This document shows, one piece after another, positions 38,230 to 52,321 of a stretch of 64,000 nucleotides of DNA (position 1 is the stretch's first letter; every line of letters starts with the position of its first letter). This DNA is from Camelus ferus (taxonomy: Eukaryota). The position numbers were made by a program, and so were the translations under genes. The notes beneath the pieces were generated by a model that saw nothing but the letters and a program-made list of their open reading frames with translations, was not told the origin of the DNA and did no database searches. The DNA lies in NCBI RefSeq assembly GCF_009834535.1, contig NC_045696.1, positions 103,914,001-103,978,000 on the forward strand, written 5' to 3'.

Positions 38230-40970
38230 TATACACACAGTGGTGAAAAGTTAAAGGTTTTCCTCTAAGAGCAGAAACAAGACAAGGATGCCCACTCTCT
38301 CCACTCTTATTCAACACAGAGCTAGACATCCTAGACAGAAAAATTAGGCAAAATTAAGAAGTAAAAGGCATCCAAGTCAGAATGGAAGAAGTAAAACTGT
38401 CTCTATTTGCAGATGACATAATGTTATATACAGAAACCGCTAAGGATTCCACCAAAAAAACCTGTTAGAATAAATGATTTCAGTAAAGTTGCAGGATACC
38501 AAATCAATATACAAAAATCAGTTGCATTTTTATACACTAAAAATGAACTATCAGAAAAAGAAATTAAGAAAACAATCCCATTTACAACTGCATCAAAAAG
38601 AACAGAATATGAGGAATAAAATTAAATACAGAAATGAAAACTATAAGTCACTGATGAAAGAAAGCAAAGATAAAATAAATGGAAAGATATTCCATGCTCA
38701 TGGATTGGAAGAATTAATGTTGCTAAAACGTCCATACTGCTCTAAGCAATTTACACATGCTATCAAAATTCAAATGGCATTTTTCATAGAAATAGAGAAA
38801 CAATCCTAAAATTTGTATGGAACCACAAAAGACCCCAATTAGCCAAAGCAATCTCAAGGAATAACAAAGGTGGAGGCATCACACTTCCTGATTTCAAGCT
38901 ACATTATAAAAATATAGTAATCAACACAGTATGTTATTGGCATAAAAATGGACACACAGATCAATGGAACAGAACAGAGAGCCCAGAAAGAAACCCATGC
39001 ATATATGATTAATTAATTACAACAAAGGAGCCAAGAATAAACAATGGGAAAAGGATAGCCTCTTCAATAAATGATATTGGAAAACTGTACTGCCCCATGA
39101 GAAAGAATGAAACCGGACCCCTATCTCACACCACCTACAAAAACTGACTCAAAATGGATTAAAGAGTTAAATGTAAGACCCGAACCCATAAAACTCCTAA
39201 AGGAAAACATAGCGGGCAAGCTTCTTGACACTGGTCTTGGCAATGACCTTTGGATTTGGACACCAAAAAATAAAGGCAACAAAAGCAAAAAATAGACAAA
39301 TGGGATTATATCAAACTAAAAGGCTTCTACATAGCAAAAAATGAACAAAATGAAAAGGCAACCTATGAAATGGGAGAAAATATTTGCAAATCATATATAA
39401 AACTAGGGGTTAGTATGCAAAATATATATGAGAACTCAATAGCAAAAAAAAATCTGATTAAAAAATGAGCAGAAGAACTGAATAAACATTTTTCCAAAAA
39501 AGATATGCAAATTGTCAACAAGTACATGAAAAGAAGCTCAACATCACTAGTCATCAAGGAAATGCAAATCAAAAGCACAATGAGATATCACTTCACACCT
39601 GTTAGAATGGCTATTATCAGAAAGACGAGATAACAAGTGTTGGTGAGGATGTAGAGAAAAGGGGACCCTTGTGCACTATTGGTCGGAATGTAAACTGGTG
39701 TAGCCACTATAGAAGATAGTATGGAGGATCCTCAAAACATTAAAAATAGAACTACCATAGGATCCAGCAATTCTACTTCTGGGTATGTGTCCAAAGGAAA
39801 CAAAATCATTACCTTGAAGAGTTATCTGCACCCCATGTTCATTGCAGCATTATTTATAGTAACCAAGATATAGATCTATATCTACATCTATGTACACATA
39901 TTACATTTTCTTTATCCATTCATCCATCGATGGGCACTTAGGTTGTCGGTGTACACACACACACACACACACACACAATGGAATATTGTCCAGGCACAAA
40001 AAGAAGGAAATCCTACCATTTGCAACAACATGCATGGACCTTGAGGGCATTATGCATAAGTCGACAGAAAAAGATAAATATGGTATGATCTCACTTATAT
40101 GTGGAATCTGAAAAAAACTCAGAAATGGAGAACAGATCAGTGGTTGCCAGAGGTGGCAGGGGTGGTGGGGTGAGTGGTAAGGAAAATGGGTAAATGTGGT
40201 CAAAAGGTACAAACTTCCAGCTGTAAGATAAGTAAGTTTGTGGGATGTCATGTACAGCATCGTGATTATGCTTAACGATACTGTATTGTACTGTATTGTT
40301 ACAGTACTGGATGTTTGAAAGTCTCTATTAGATTCTCAGTTTTCATCACAAGGAAAAAAATGCATACCTCTGTGAGGTGATGGATATTAACTAGACTTCT
40401 TGTGGTGATCATTTTGCAGTATATACATCAAATGTTATACACCTTAAACTAATAACAATGGTTTTTTCTTTATATGTTTTAATTTTTAATATTTTTGGAT
40501 TTGCAATGTTGTATTAGTTTCTGGTGTACAGCACAGTGATTCATTTATACATATATATATATTCTTTTTCACTACAGGTTACTATAAGCCACTGAATATA
40601 GTTCCCTGTGCTGTACAGTAGGACCTTATTGTTTATCTATTCTGTACATAGTAGTTTGTATCAGCGACAATCCCAAACTCCCAGTTTATCCCTCCCACCC
40701 CACTTTTCCCTGCTGGTAACCATAAGTTTGTTTTCTATGTCTACGAGTTTCTTTCTGTTTTTGTAAATAAGTTTGTTTGTGTCATTTTTTTAGATTCCAT
40801 ATATAAGTGATATGTTTGTTTTTCTCTGATCAACTTACTTGACTTAGTATGATAATCTCTAGGTCCATCCACGTTGCTGCAAATGACATTTCATTCCTTT
40901 TTATGGCTGAGTATAAACTAATACAATGTTATACGTTAATTATATCTCAATAAAACTGTAGGAAAAAAGA
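38230..40970 (+). mobile_element. 5'-truncated, decayed L1 (ORF2 from RT region to 3' UTR, about 2.3 kb net) with an internal inversion and a nested L1
   Basis: acaagacaaggatgcccactctctcc (RQGCPLSP region), tctctatttgcagatgacat (LFADD RT motif) and ORF 39107..39295 (DPYLTP...KWIKELNVRP); many stops and frameshifts; aataaa at 40949. Confidence 0.95.
40461..40913 (-). mobile_element. L1 3'-end fragment inserted antisense into the 3' UTR of the larger L1
   Basis: Reverse L1 3' UTR (ttagtttctggtgtacagcacagtgattca...tagattccatatataagtga...tttttatggctgagta). TSD taaactaata(a)caatg at 40445-40460 and 40914-40928. Confidence 0.88.
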
Positions 40971-42671
40971 AGATATAAATTGATGTTGAATAAATATGAA
41001 TGTACAGTGTTAAAAAATAATAAATGAAAATAACCAAAAGAAAAAGGCAAACTTGAAAATCACATGCCAGTAGAGGTAGAGCTTCTACAAGACTGGGTCC
41101 CCAGATCTGTGTGGAACAGTGGTCCCATCCCTTTCATTCACGCCCATCCTTAACACCATTGTCCTGGAACCAAATTAGATCATTTTGTAAAGGAAAAGTA
41201 ATCTATCGTGTTAAGCCACTGAAATTTGGGAGTTTATCTGTTAGTGCAGCTTAACACTAATCTTAACAATCACTAGTCCGTATACATAGGCTTTGATAAA
41301 GATTAAGCAAAATGTACATGAAATACCTGAATCGTAATAGCTCAGAAATGGTTAATTCCTTTCTGCTCATGGGTCTGCTACCCACCTGAAAATACACCAG
41401 TAAAATCTTTTTTAATTATTATTAGGAATATTTAAATGTACAGATTGGGGCTAACTCCTTAAGCTTACTATCAGGCAACATTTTTGGAAGAGTTTTGACT
41501 ATTTACATCTTTAAATCACTCTGTGATGTGGGATCTGATGCTTGCCTTGAACCCTAATTTGAAGCCGAGAGAGGCAGAGATCTAAGAACAAAGAAAGCCA
41601 CCTCACTCAGTGGATGGCAGGCCTTTTCAAATTTTCCACAGTGAGTCATACCTGTAATCTACTAGGTGTTCTAAAAAAAGAAGTCAAAATGCTTAATTGG
41701 AAACATGAAGAAAGATGCTGTCCCAAACCAAGTGCTTTTGAGAATGCCCAGCACTGGGGCAGCCACCATCCTTGTTCACAGACCAGTTTCCACAAACTTA
41801 GGTTAAATGAGCAAATACTTATTCCGTATTCTCATCAGAAAATTGAGTTTCTAAGTATGACTATGAAACAGGGCAAAGAACTATCCTATAATATTTAGAG
41901 GTTTGTTTTCATAGTCATCTTGCACAGTCTGTTGTGTTGTAAGTGGGGCACGATCGTGTATATAACAGGGTTTGACAGTGGTAGGAATGATTTCAGTAGG
42001 TCGTGTTCAGTAACAGTGCTGTGAACTGTTGGTTATGGAGGATTGGCTCTGCCCAACAACCCCGTGATGCCTAACCTCAGACTGCCATGTCACTCACTGA
42101 TCTGGTTATGACCGACTCAGTCAGGATGGAGATCCCTTTCCTCGTCTCAAGTTAGGAACATACTTGATGTCTTCTCTTGTAAGAAAAATAAAGCATTCTA
42201 AGAGATTACTTTAAAAACATAATGCAAAACCTTGTTGTCCCCGGAAGGAGTGTCTTCTAAAATTTTCCCAGCAGGTGGTCATCAGAACTCTGGCCAGCAA
42301 GCTGCCTCCCCTGCCCCTCCTGCCCCTCCACCTTTCCCACCTTGCTGACTCCTGATCATCCCTTGGATTCCAGCTCAAAGATCACTTTCTCAGTGAAGCT
42401 GCCCTTGAACTCCCCTATCTACATCAGCATCCTGTCTGATACTCTCAAATCACCCTGTGTTTCTCCTTCGTGACACTTCTCAGGACTATCATTACATAAC
42501 CAACCATGCTGAAATTTCTGGCTGGCTGGCTGTCTCCTGTGATTGAGTGTAAGCTACCTGACAGTTGAGATGGGGTCTGTCTGTTCACAAGGGTGTCTCC
42601 AGCACTGGACAAAGCCTGGCACACAGCTGGCCGATGGCACGTCAGAACATTTCCGGAGATGGACAATATTT

Positions 42672-43586
42672 AGCTCAGCTGCTTTTACTCACAACATTCC
42701 TGACATGAAACATGTGGGATTTTTTTTCTCTCATATCAATCATTCTTCCGATTCTTCGGACACCAGTTAGGTATCCCACAATTCAACTCGATTCTGACAC
42801 TGACCACTGTGACTTAGCTTCAGACCCCACAAGTTTAAGGGCTCAGTCCCAAAGGCTGCCCCCATTTCAGATGCCAGTCGCAAGTCTCAGCCCCCAGGTT
42901 GCCCAATTCTGTCCCACTTGGCTACAAAGTCGGGGAAGAGGGGTTCCCACAAGCCCTCTACTTTCAGGTTTGATAATTTGTTAGAACAACTCACAAAGCT
43001 GGAAATAGAGTAAGTAACTCTGTTACTTCCTGTAGATTTATGATCAAGGATACAGCTTAGGAATAGCCAATAAAAGAAATGCACAGGGCCACGTACGGGG
43101 CAAGGGCTCAGAGCGTCCCCCCCCTCTCTTCTGGCTCGGCCACCCTCCTAGCACCTCTATGTGCTCGCCAACCTGAAGTTCTCTAAACCCCACTCTTTAG
43201 AGGTTTTATTTTTAAATTTTTTTTTATTGAAGTACAATTGGTTTACAATGTTGCATCAATTTCTGGTGTACAGCTTTTAATTTTTAAAAAGAGTTTTTAT
43301 ACAGGTTTTATGTAGGCAAGATTGACTAGATCACTGACCATTAATGACTGAACTCAACCTCCAGCTCTCTCCTCTCCCCTGCCTGGAGGTTGTGTGGGGT
43401 GGATCATTACAACTCTTTAATCAGGCCTTGGTCTTTTTGGCACCCGCCCCTCGACCAGATACCTGTACGTCTCATTAGCATATAAAAGACACTCTTCACA
43501 CTCTGGAAATTCCAAGGGTTTTCGGAGCCATGTGCCAGGAACCTGGGACAAAGGCCAGATATTTGTTTTTTTTAATGATACCAACA
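42672..43586 (-). mobile_element. MER21-like solo LTR containing a tiny L1 3'-end insertion (about 43205-43275)
   Basis: cacaattcaactcgattctgacact...agaccccacaagtttaagggctcagtccc...ggaaattccaagggtttt; homologous to 46680-47486. Confidence 0.7.
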
Positions 43587-46500
43587 GCCAATCCCATTAT
43601 TAGAAGGTGCTAATCCTTAGAATTCCCATTAATACTGAGCTAGAATTGGCCTCTAACTACCAGCCTATCCTCCACCAGGCTTTCCAAATTCACTCACACC
43701 CTGGGCATCCTCACCACACAGACCCCGGGGAACCAGAGAGGGGAGAGGCTGAGGTCCTTCTTCGTGATGACACAGCAGACAGCAGTTGGGGGTTGGGGGG
43801 GGTGGCACAGCTAGAATCTGAAGACAGCTCCCTGACCTTGCTGGCTCCATGCGATCCCCATCACACCGCACTGCCTCCTGCGTGTTTTCACCCATGTTAA
43901 ATGCTCTGGAAGCTTCATAATCCCTCCATCCAAACAACAACAAAGAAAGCTGGGCACTTTTCATAATGGAACATACGAAACTGGTGAAGCTTCTTAACAT
44001 TTAACACATTGCATTCAATATCTATATAGAACAGGAGCTCAGAGAGCTCACAGTGACAACTTAGGCACCTCCCTGTCAAATACCTAAGGGGTGAGCCCCT
44101 GAGCAAACATCTAATTCAGATTTTAATTTGGTTCCTATTTACTGGATAGACCCTGTGTCAGTTCTCTGCAGAAGTTTCTTCCCTCTTACTTATCCCCAGG
44201 GTCTTTGGAGATTAAGGACATAAATAAACTCTAGGGGATTTACAAGAGTTCAATAAGATAACACCCCTGAACAACTGAGCTTTTGAAGACAGTGAAATGA
44301 CTGGGAAAAGAAAATATGAAAGTTTTAATATGACTTAATGTAAAAAGTGAAAAAAAGCATACAGAACCATGTACTGCATGACGTTAATTTTTTTAAAATG
44401 TGTGTATGTATATGCTTGGAAAACTAGGATGGGAAGAAACACAAATTTTAAAATGCCATGGCATGTCTCACTCTTTGGATTGCCAAAAAATAAAAGACTG
44501 TGCATCTTTAGCGAATGCCAGTCTCAATAGGGATGAATTCTTTCATGCACTGTGGGTGAGAGGGTTAACAGGAATGGAATTTTGAAGAACCAGTGGTCTT
44601 GTTGAAACAATAAATACACACCGCATTTGCCCCAAAACTCCATATTCTGGGTATCTATTCCCCCAAAATGCTCACTCATCTGTACAAAGCAGCAATAAGA
44701 ATAATTATAAAAATGTGAAAACAACTGAAATGTTCACGTGGACAGAAATGGCTCAAAATTAGTTTCTCCATACAATGCAACCTGATTCAGCCTTAAAAGA
44801 AAGAGGTAGATTTAGCTTTGGATGTGGACAAACCTCCAGGAGACACTGCCCAGTAAAAACCAGATGAGAGTGCTGGAAACAGCGTAATAGATACAGGAGA
44901 ATCTCACGTAGGTAAAACACACATTTGCATATCTCAGCATACATATGGGAAGTTTAAGACAACGTGCAAACTTACAGAAAAAGGTCTAGAAAGGGACAGC
45001 CCCCCAAATGAACAGCGGTAGACTTTTAATTTCTATTGTGGACTTCTCAGTATTTACTCACATATTTGATGCTTTCTTTTTATAACATGTTGGGTACCCA
45101 TATTAAAAGATTAATAGTGACAGAAGAAAATGTTCTATTGCTAAATCAAAACAGCAAGCTATAATAGAGCACGTACAGTTTGAACTCAATTATGTCATAA
45201 CGAAGCTATGTTACAAAATTGGCCGGAGTGGTTTGAAACAGGTAAAAGTGGGAGTTTTCATGGTTTACTCTTCAGAATTCTGAATCTATTACTATTTTAA
45301 AAAATGAATACAAGTAACAATTAAAAAATGCAGTGGAAAGAGAAAATACGCCCTCACTGTTATGAGTACTTATAACTGGGATTACATCTTATTTTCTTTA
45401 AAATCGCAAGACAGAAAGAAGACTGGCTTCCAACTCTTTAAGCAGGTGGTGGGATCCTAGAAGATTTCTTTTCTTATTTGTAATTTTCTGCATTTTCTAA
45501 GTTTTCTTAAGTAAATATGTCTCACTTTTCAAATCAGAAAAAACGAAAGCTGTAAAATTTACTTAAATTAGTTTTAAACAATGTTTAACTACATGAGTCA
45601 CAGGGTGGGTATGTGATCAATTACAGAGAGACCAGTGGTTTTGGAAGAGCACCCCGTTCAAAACTCAGTGCAACGTGGACCCTGATGTGTAAGAGAGATA
45701 AAAGCAGAGTTTACTAGGAGGGGCCTCAGGCCCCAGGCAGCAGAAGCCCCATCACACTGCAGAATTCAGGGTTCCAGGAACACCATTAGGAAATGCACTG
45801 TAGAGACATTCCCTGGGGCTGCAGGGAATAGGGGCGGTGGGTAGGGGTGGATTCTGCTAGAATGGTCAGAGAGGGCTTCAGGGAAGAGGCAGAAACTGCG
45901 TTAAAACTAAAAGGGCAGGGAGGACGTCGGTGGGCATGCCTGATGTGAGGAGGTATTTGGAGGAGGATAAAGGATGGGTGTGGTGGTACAGAGATGGGGG
46001 CGAAGCCCACCCACCCCTCAGCTGTTGACTGATGACAGCCTTTACACGGTGACTCATCAGTGAACAGGGTGGAGAATGGTTGGGACCAGATTAGGTTCCC
46101 GTAGGAGGAGGGAGCCACAGAAGGTTCCTAAACACATGCATGGCAGGATGAAGGCAGATTACAGAAACATCACTCATTTCTACACCGTTCACCCCACTCT
46201 CAAGTTATAGCAAGGTGCTGGCAGCAAGAAGACAGACAACTTTCTGGGCCTTGAGCTCACTGTTAACTCAAAGTCTTGTGATGGTTGTGCTGCATGTGCT
46301 CAGTGCTATCCTAGAAGTAACTCATATTCCAAGGGCAACAGGGAACCCCAAGCCACAGCTCACGGTATGTCCCTGGGACTGAGATGCAGGCCATTTCCCA
46401 ACTGTAGCACCTCAGGCAAGGTACGTACCTTACCTCCCTGAGCTGCAGTTTCCTCACCTGTAAATACTGATTCAATTATTCATTCAACAAACATTTGACT

Positions 46501-46679
46501 GAGCATCTGCTATACACCAAGTGCAGTCCTAGAAACTGGACATCAGTGGGCACCAAGTCAGTCCAAAATTCCTACCCTTGTGGACCTTAGATTCTAGTGG
46601 AATGTAAAATTTCCCACTTCCTGAGGTTGCAGAAGGAATTAGATAAGATATTTCCTGGAAAGCACTTAGGGTAGTAATG

Positions 46680-47486
46680 CTTCTGTACCTAATTCCAATG
46701 TGTGTGGGACTTCTTCCCCACAACACCAAGCAATTCTCAACACCAGCTGGGTGTCCTACCATTCAACTCAATCCTGACCCTATCCATCCGGAAAAAAGCC
46801 CGAGATCTCACAAGTTAAGGACTTAATTCCACAAGATTACCCCTTCACCACTCCAGATGCCAATCGTAAATGCAAGTTGTCACCTGTGCTTCTAACTGGC
46901 TATAGATTGGAGGTTCCGATGCCCTCCTGTCTTTGGGGGCCAATTAATTTTCTAGAGTGGCTCAGAGAACTCAGAAACATTTTACTTACTAGATTACCAG
47001 TGTATGATAAAAGGGTATGATTCAGGAACAGCCCAATTGAAGAGACACCTATGGCAAGGTATGAGGGAAAGGTCTCGGAGTTTCCATGCTCTCTCCTAGA
47101 ACGCCACTCTCCCCACATCTCCACGTGTTCACCAACCTGGAAGCTCTCTAAACCCCATCCTCTTGAGTCTTTACGGAGACATCATTACATAGGCATGTCT
47201 GATTAAGTCATTGGCCACCGGCAACTGATTCAACCTCTAGCCCTCACTTTCCTCCCCAGTGGTCTGGAGCGGGACAGAAAGTTCCAAACCTCTAATCATA
47301 AGTTTGGTTCTCCTGGCAACCAGCCCCCATCCTTGGGTTACCTGAGCGCTTTCCAAAAGTCACCTCAATAACATAATAAAAGACATTTATCCCTAGGGTC
47401 TCTTCCAGGAAATTTCAAGGGTTTTAGGAGCTCTGTGCCAGAAACAGAACAAATATATATTGCTAACTGTAAACCACAATAACACA
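46680..47486 (-). mobile_element. MER21-like solo LTR
   Basis: caccagctgggtgtcctaccattcaactcaatcctgac...ggaaatttcaagggttttaggagctctgtgccag...aaccacaataacaca. Confidence 0.75.
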
Positions 47487-49559
47487 GGTTGTAACCATCC
47501 TCCTCCTCATTTGATTAATATGCATGACCTCTACTGCACTTGGCACCAAAAAGGTACCCAGTAAACACCCAACAAAACAAAAGGACCCAAAAAACACATC
47601 TACAGATTGAGATTGCCCTACCTGGGAACAAAGTGCCCCACATTCAGCCCTGGGCTTGGACTAGCAAGAAGGTTCCTCTCTCTGCACCGCACCCCCCAGC
47701 ACTGTCAATTCCACCTTAATAAACAAGGCTGGGAAAGGAGAATGAAGGAAACCACCTTTGGGGCCATTCATCACAATGAAGGCAGCTGACAGCTATTCTA
47801 AACTGTGGCTCAGCCCTCTTGTCCTCAGGGAGATGAGCAAAACTCTGCAGGCTGATGAGACCTGACCCCTTCTCAGGCAGCGCTGACCATAGTCCTCACC
47901 AGCACATGAGCCCCAGATGGACTGCCCCATGAGGTGACCCAGCCCCTCCAATCAGGCCCATGGCAAGGCCAGCCCTCACTTGGTGGATTTCAGCATTCAG
48001 TGTTCATTTCAATGTGCTCACAGGGTGGGTAACAGACACAACCAGAACATACTTACTCTGAGCCAAGTGACCAGAAGTTTTGGGATGTGTTGAAAGGAGA
48101 AAAAAAAAAAACAAAAAACTGTAAGCCAACTTTAGAATCTCATCCTTGGAGTTCCAAGAAAGTGTTCCACCAAAAATCGAGCTGGCACATATCTTGATAC
48201 GTAATGACAGATTCAGCTTTCCTCACCAACTACATGCTGGTGTTCTGGTGCCAGCCTCTATTTTTATAGCCTGAGTAATGCCTGGGCAAAGGACCAGACA
48301 AGAGTTGGAGACAGAGGGACGGGGCACGAGAGGTGATAGCATAAGTAATGGGGCCCACATCCTACTCGGCATCCAACAGCAGACCCTCTGGAGCAGAATC
48401 TGGGACAGCAGCCAAGCTCTCCGCAGATTCGGGCCCACCCTCCTCTGCAGCCTCACCCCCTCTCACAGCCCAGACCCTGAGTTCCCTTGGGGATGGGGCT
48501 TTATCTGCCTTGTTTCCTGCTCTGACCCCAGGGCCTGGAGCACAGCAGTATTAAATGGGAGCATGACCACACCATCCCACCCCAACTCCAGCACACTGGA
48601 CCCCTGGCCATTCCTCCAAACCCCAAGCACCCCTTCTCCAAAATCAGCATGTGTGCCATTTCACTCTCTTGGCCCAGATGCCTTCTTGATCTTGTTAACA
48701 CTCACTCATCTTTAAACTCAGCTCAAATGCCACTTCCGTCTGGGAGCCCTCCCTAACCCCAAGGCTGGGAGAGGTCCCCCAATATCAGGCAACCACAACC
48801 CTCCCACAACATTCATCAACACCCCAGGCTCATGTCAGCTTCGCTACCTACCTCCCCCAGGGCTGGGTGGACACGGAGCTAAGTAAGCAGCAGGTGCTCA
48901 TTAGGTGTGTGTAGGAAGAAGGGAGGGAGGGAGGGAGGGAGGGAAGAAAGAAGGGCATCAAGAAGGACGCTGTGGATGGAGAGGCACCTGGCACTGAAAC
49001 CTACAACAGACTGAACAGGAACAAAGCGCTGGAACCCCATAGATCAATGAACCATTCACCAATGTTTACAGAGGAAAAAAAATTGCAGGAAGTGGTGGGA
49101 AAATATTTCTCAGTGGATTCAGATGGGAAGCAGAGGTCACTGTGCTGCAGCCTCCCCTCCCCTCTGGGTGTTGGCTGGGCTGGGGGCTGGAGAGGAAGAG
49201 AAACTTTGGGAGGCTGGGTGAGTAGGGGCACTTGAAAGGCTCAGGGGCAAGGAGCTCTCAAAGGCTCGGAGTTCTGAGAGGCTCCTCTGGTCTTAAGGAG
49301 GCTGAAGGCCATTTCTTCTGGAGTAACCTCCAACTGCTGAGGCAGATCAACTGGGACTCATTCCCTCAAAGCTATTAAGAACATGGTCTGAGTCAAGAAA
49401 GGGATAATGAGGATTTTCCAGTGTCCTGCCGGCCCCGGTCCCAATGGGGAAAGCAGAAGCCAGGATTTAAGACAGGTGGTCTGGGAATAAAGACTATTTT
49501 GGGCTGGAGCTTTCTTAGCACAGCATTTTTTTCCCAAGACAGACAACCCTCCGTTGCCC

Positions 49560-50575
49560 ACTCAATATTCATTCCTTTCTCTTTGCTAACAGAATCCTGA
49601 TTTGGGAGGGACAGTGTGGCAAAGAATGCCAGCTAACCCTGAAACCCATCTCCTCTTCCTCCTAGGCACAGGGCTGGACCACATTTCCCAGCCTCCCTTG
49701 CAGGAGGTGTGGTCATGTGACTGGGCCCTGGCCAGCGGAAAGTCGGTGGAAGTAATTCTCCATCTCCAAGCCTGGCCCAAAAAATCCTCCTATACACCAT
49801 CCTCCATGCTCCTTCTTCTTCCACTGATTGATGCAAAAAAGTGTGGGAGACTCAAGAGTCTGGGCCCCTGAATCACCTTTTGGAAAAGACTTCCCCATAC
49901 CCCTACTTTGTCAGGAACAGCCATTTTGGACTTTGTGTGAGCAAAAAGTAAATGTCCATCGTATTTGAGTCATTAAACGTACAGCTGAACCTTGAATAAC
50001 ATGGGTCCACTTATAGGCAAATTTTTTTCAATAGTAACTACAGTACTAAACAATCTGAGGTTGGTTGAACCTGCAGATGCAGAACTGTGGATATGGAGGG
50101 CCAACTATAAAGTTACATGCAGATTTTTCACTTGCAGGAGGGGGGTCAGCGCCCCAAAGCCTTGTGTTGCTGAAGGGTCAACTGTATTTGGTTTGCTTGT
50201 TTGAGCAGTAAGCCTACCTACCCTAGGCAGCAATGTGCCCTGCTACATACTCACATGGCCCTTTTAACTGGGAGTGGTCATGGGACACAGCTCTGGCCAT
50301 GAAACGTCAAGGGAGGTCTGCTGGATGTTTGGGGGAAAATGTCTGCCTGCTTTCCTGATAAAAGGTACCCGTATGGCCGGCGCCTCCTTCCTGCAGCAGC
50401 CATTTTGCCACCATGAAGAAAATAACAGTGCCAGTCCAGACAGACATCAGCTGCTGAAAGCAACGCCAGCAACCACCCACCTTCAAACATCTTGTTAAGT
50501 GAGAAAAATAAACCATTACTTGCTTAAGCCACTAAGGTAGGGCTTTCTGTTACTTGGCAGCCAAACACAATCCTC
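49560..50575 (+). mobile_element. Nested MLT1-type LTR fragments
   Basis: acatttcccagcctcccttgcag...gtggtcatgtgactg, a second gtggtcatgggacacag segment, and the 3' end aataaaccattacttgcttaagccact. Confidence 0.65.
49982..50184. mobile_element. Tigger2/MER8-like MITE (TcMar DNA transposon)
   Basis: Terminal inverted repeats cagctgaaccttgaataaca ... tgttgctgaagggtcaactg, flanked by TA duplications at 49980-49981 and 50185-50186. Confidence 0.85.
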
Positions 50576-51924
50576 AGTGCTTTGCAACTACTCGTTCATT
50601 CATTCACCTAACCTTTACTGAGGCCCATTTCATGTCAGTTCTTGCATGAAGGGCTGAAGATTCAGAGATGAGCTGGGTGTAGCCCCTGCCCTCCAGAAGC
50701 TCCCAGTCAAACGGGGGAGACAGGCCCACGAGCAGACAATCTGAATGCAGTGAGAACAGATGCTGTGATGACACACGATGTCCTGCCACGGTGTGAGCAC
50801 TGGGTGGTGGGTGGGCACTGAGGCAAGGAGTTCTCAACTCCCTTTCTGCCAGTGGGCACACAGAGCAAACACCCCTTAAGCGAAAAAGCAAGTAACAATG
50901 CTACGCTCAGCCGAGCCAACTGCAATTGAGTTGCTAAACACCATCAATTAATGCAGCTGTTTCAAGATAATCAGCAGTCATTAGAGCAAGATGCACAAGG
51001 GGAGAATGGAAAAAAATCATACGCCGCTAAACGCTAACTTAGAAATGCTGGAAATTATGTGAACTGAGATGAGGCAGGCTGGCTTAGATTCTCCTGCCTG
51101 CTGACGTTAGAATCTCCTAAAATACACTTTCTTTCTCAAAGACACAGTAATCTTTCACCTTGAAGACAGCCCCCCGAAAATCAAACGTCTATGCCATGAC
51201 CTTCAACCATAAATGTCCAAGCTTCGATTTTCAGGTCTGGGTTTCCATTAAGAACGGCCATGGAGACAAACTGGCGACAAAAGTCGACCCCGTCTGGGAA
51301 ATCAAGAGGCAACCAAACCAGAGAAATGAGAGCAGCTGGGGAACCATTTGGAAGCTAGAGAAAAGGTTTTCTTCCTTTTAACTCAATGCTGCCTACACAC
51401 AAATAAATGTGTGCGTATGCGTGTGTGTTAATGAATGGCATTATTCTCCACTTCTTTGCTTTCCAAGCATGGGGAAAGTATTTTAAGAGAAAAAGACAAA
51501 GCCTCATTGACTTCAAATTCCAGTAGTTGAAAAATGAATAAAATAAGCAGGCTCGCCATTAAGAGAATTGATTATCAGGTTTCCAGTCTGACTGCTGACT
51601 TCTGAGTACAAAGAATTCCAGTGTAGAGCAAAGGGTGTGCTAATCACACAAGGCAGAGGAGCACTCAGGTTCTGAGGCAGGGGTCCCAGGTTTCTCTAGT
51701 CCTCAGCCCATCACCGGAGGCCACCACAGGATGGCAAGGGCTCGCTGGGCAGGCTGCCACGCTGGAGTTTCTCTGTCAGACACACAGAGCGAGGGAGGGT
51801 GAGGTCTGAGGAGGAAGGACCTCCCTTTTCAGGACCAGTTATTAAACCCAAGCCTACCAGCAGTTTCCCAGAGACCTTCAGATCAAGAAGGGTCCAGCTC
51901 TGGCAGACACAGGACCCATGATTG

Positions 51925-52321
51925 TGTTAACAGCACCACAATGGCATCACTTGTGCTGAAACCTGGGATACCAAACCTAGACGTAGGAAACACCTGACCT
52001 AACCGCAGTTTCAACCTTCCCAGCAATGCAGTCTTAACTGGCCAGTCTGGGCTTCTCTAGCCAGCACCTGTGAGGTCATCTGTCACGTGGGTCCTGTCTA
52101 TTCCCACTCCCTCAAAGGAAGCAGAGGTAAACAACATGATAAACCCTCACCCTGTGCACAGAAGAAGGTGACTGGGCCAGAAACAACCCTTTGTTTTCTT
52201 CCCCCCTCCCATCAGATGTGCCCTTCTATTACTAGATGGCATGCTGCCCAATTCATGAGCCTAGCATTGAATAAAGCCAATTAGATCTTTGCAGTTCCTG
52301 GTTGAATTTTGGTTTTTAGCA
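51925..52321 (+). mobile_element. Probable ERV1-type solo LTR
   Basis: tgttaa start, aataaa at 52270-52275 followed by gccaattagatcttt, and a U5-like end gttgaattttggtttttagca. No TSD seen. Confidence 0.55.

Noticed and set aside
38474..39295. Functional L1 ORF2 / reverse transcriptase
   Set aside because: 5'-truncated and broken by frameshifts, stops and deletions.
42672..47486. Provirus bounded by two same-orientation MER21-like LTRs
   Set aside because: The LTRs are clearly diverged from each other, and the 3-kb interior holds old L1, L2 and MIR-like fragments with no gag, pol or env similarity that I can see.
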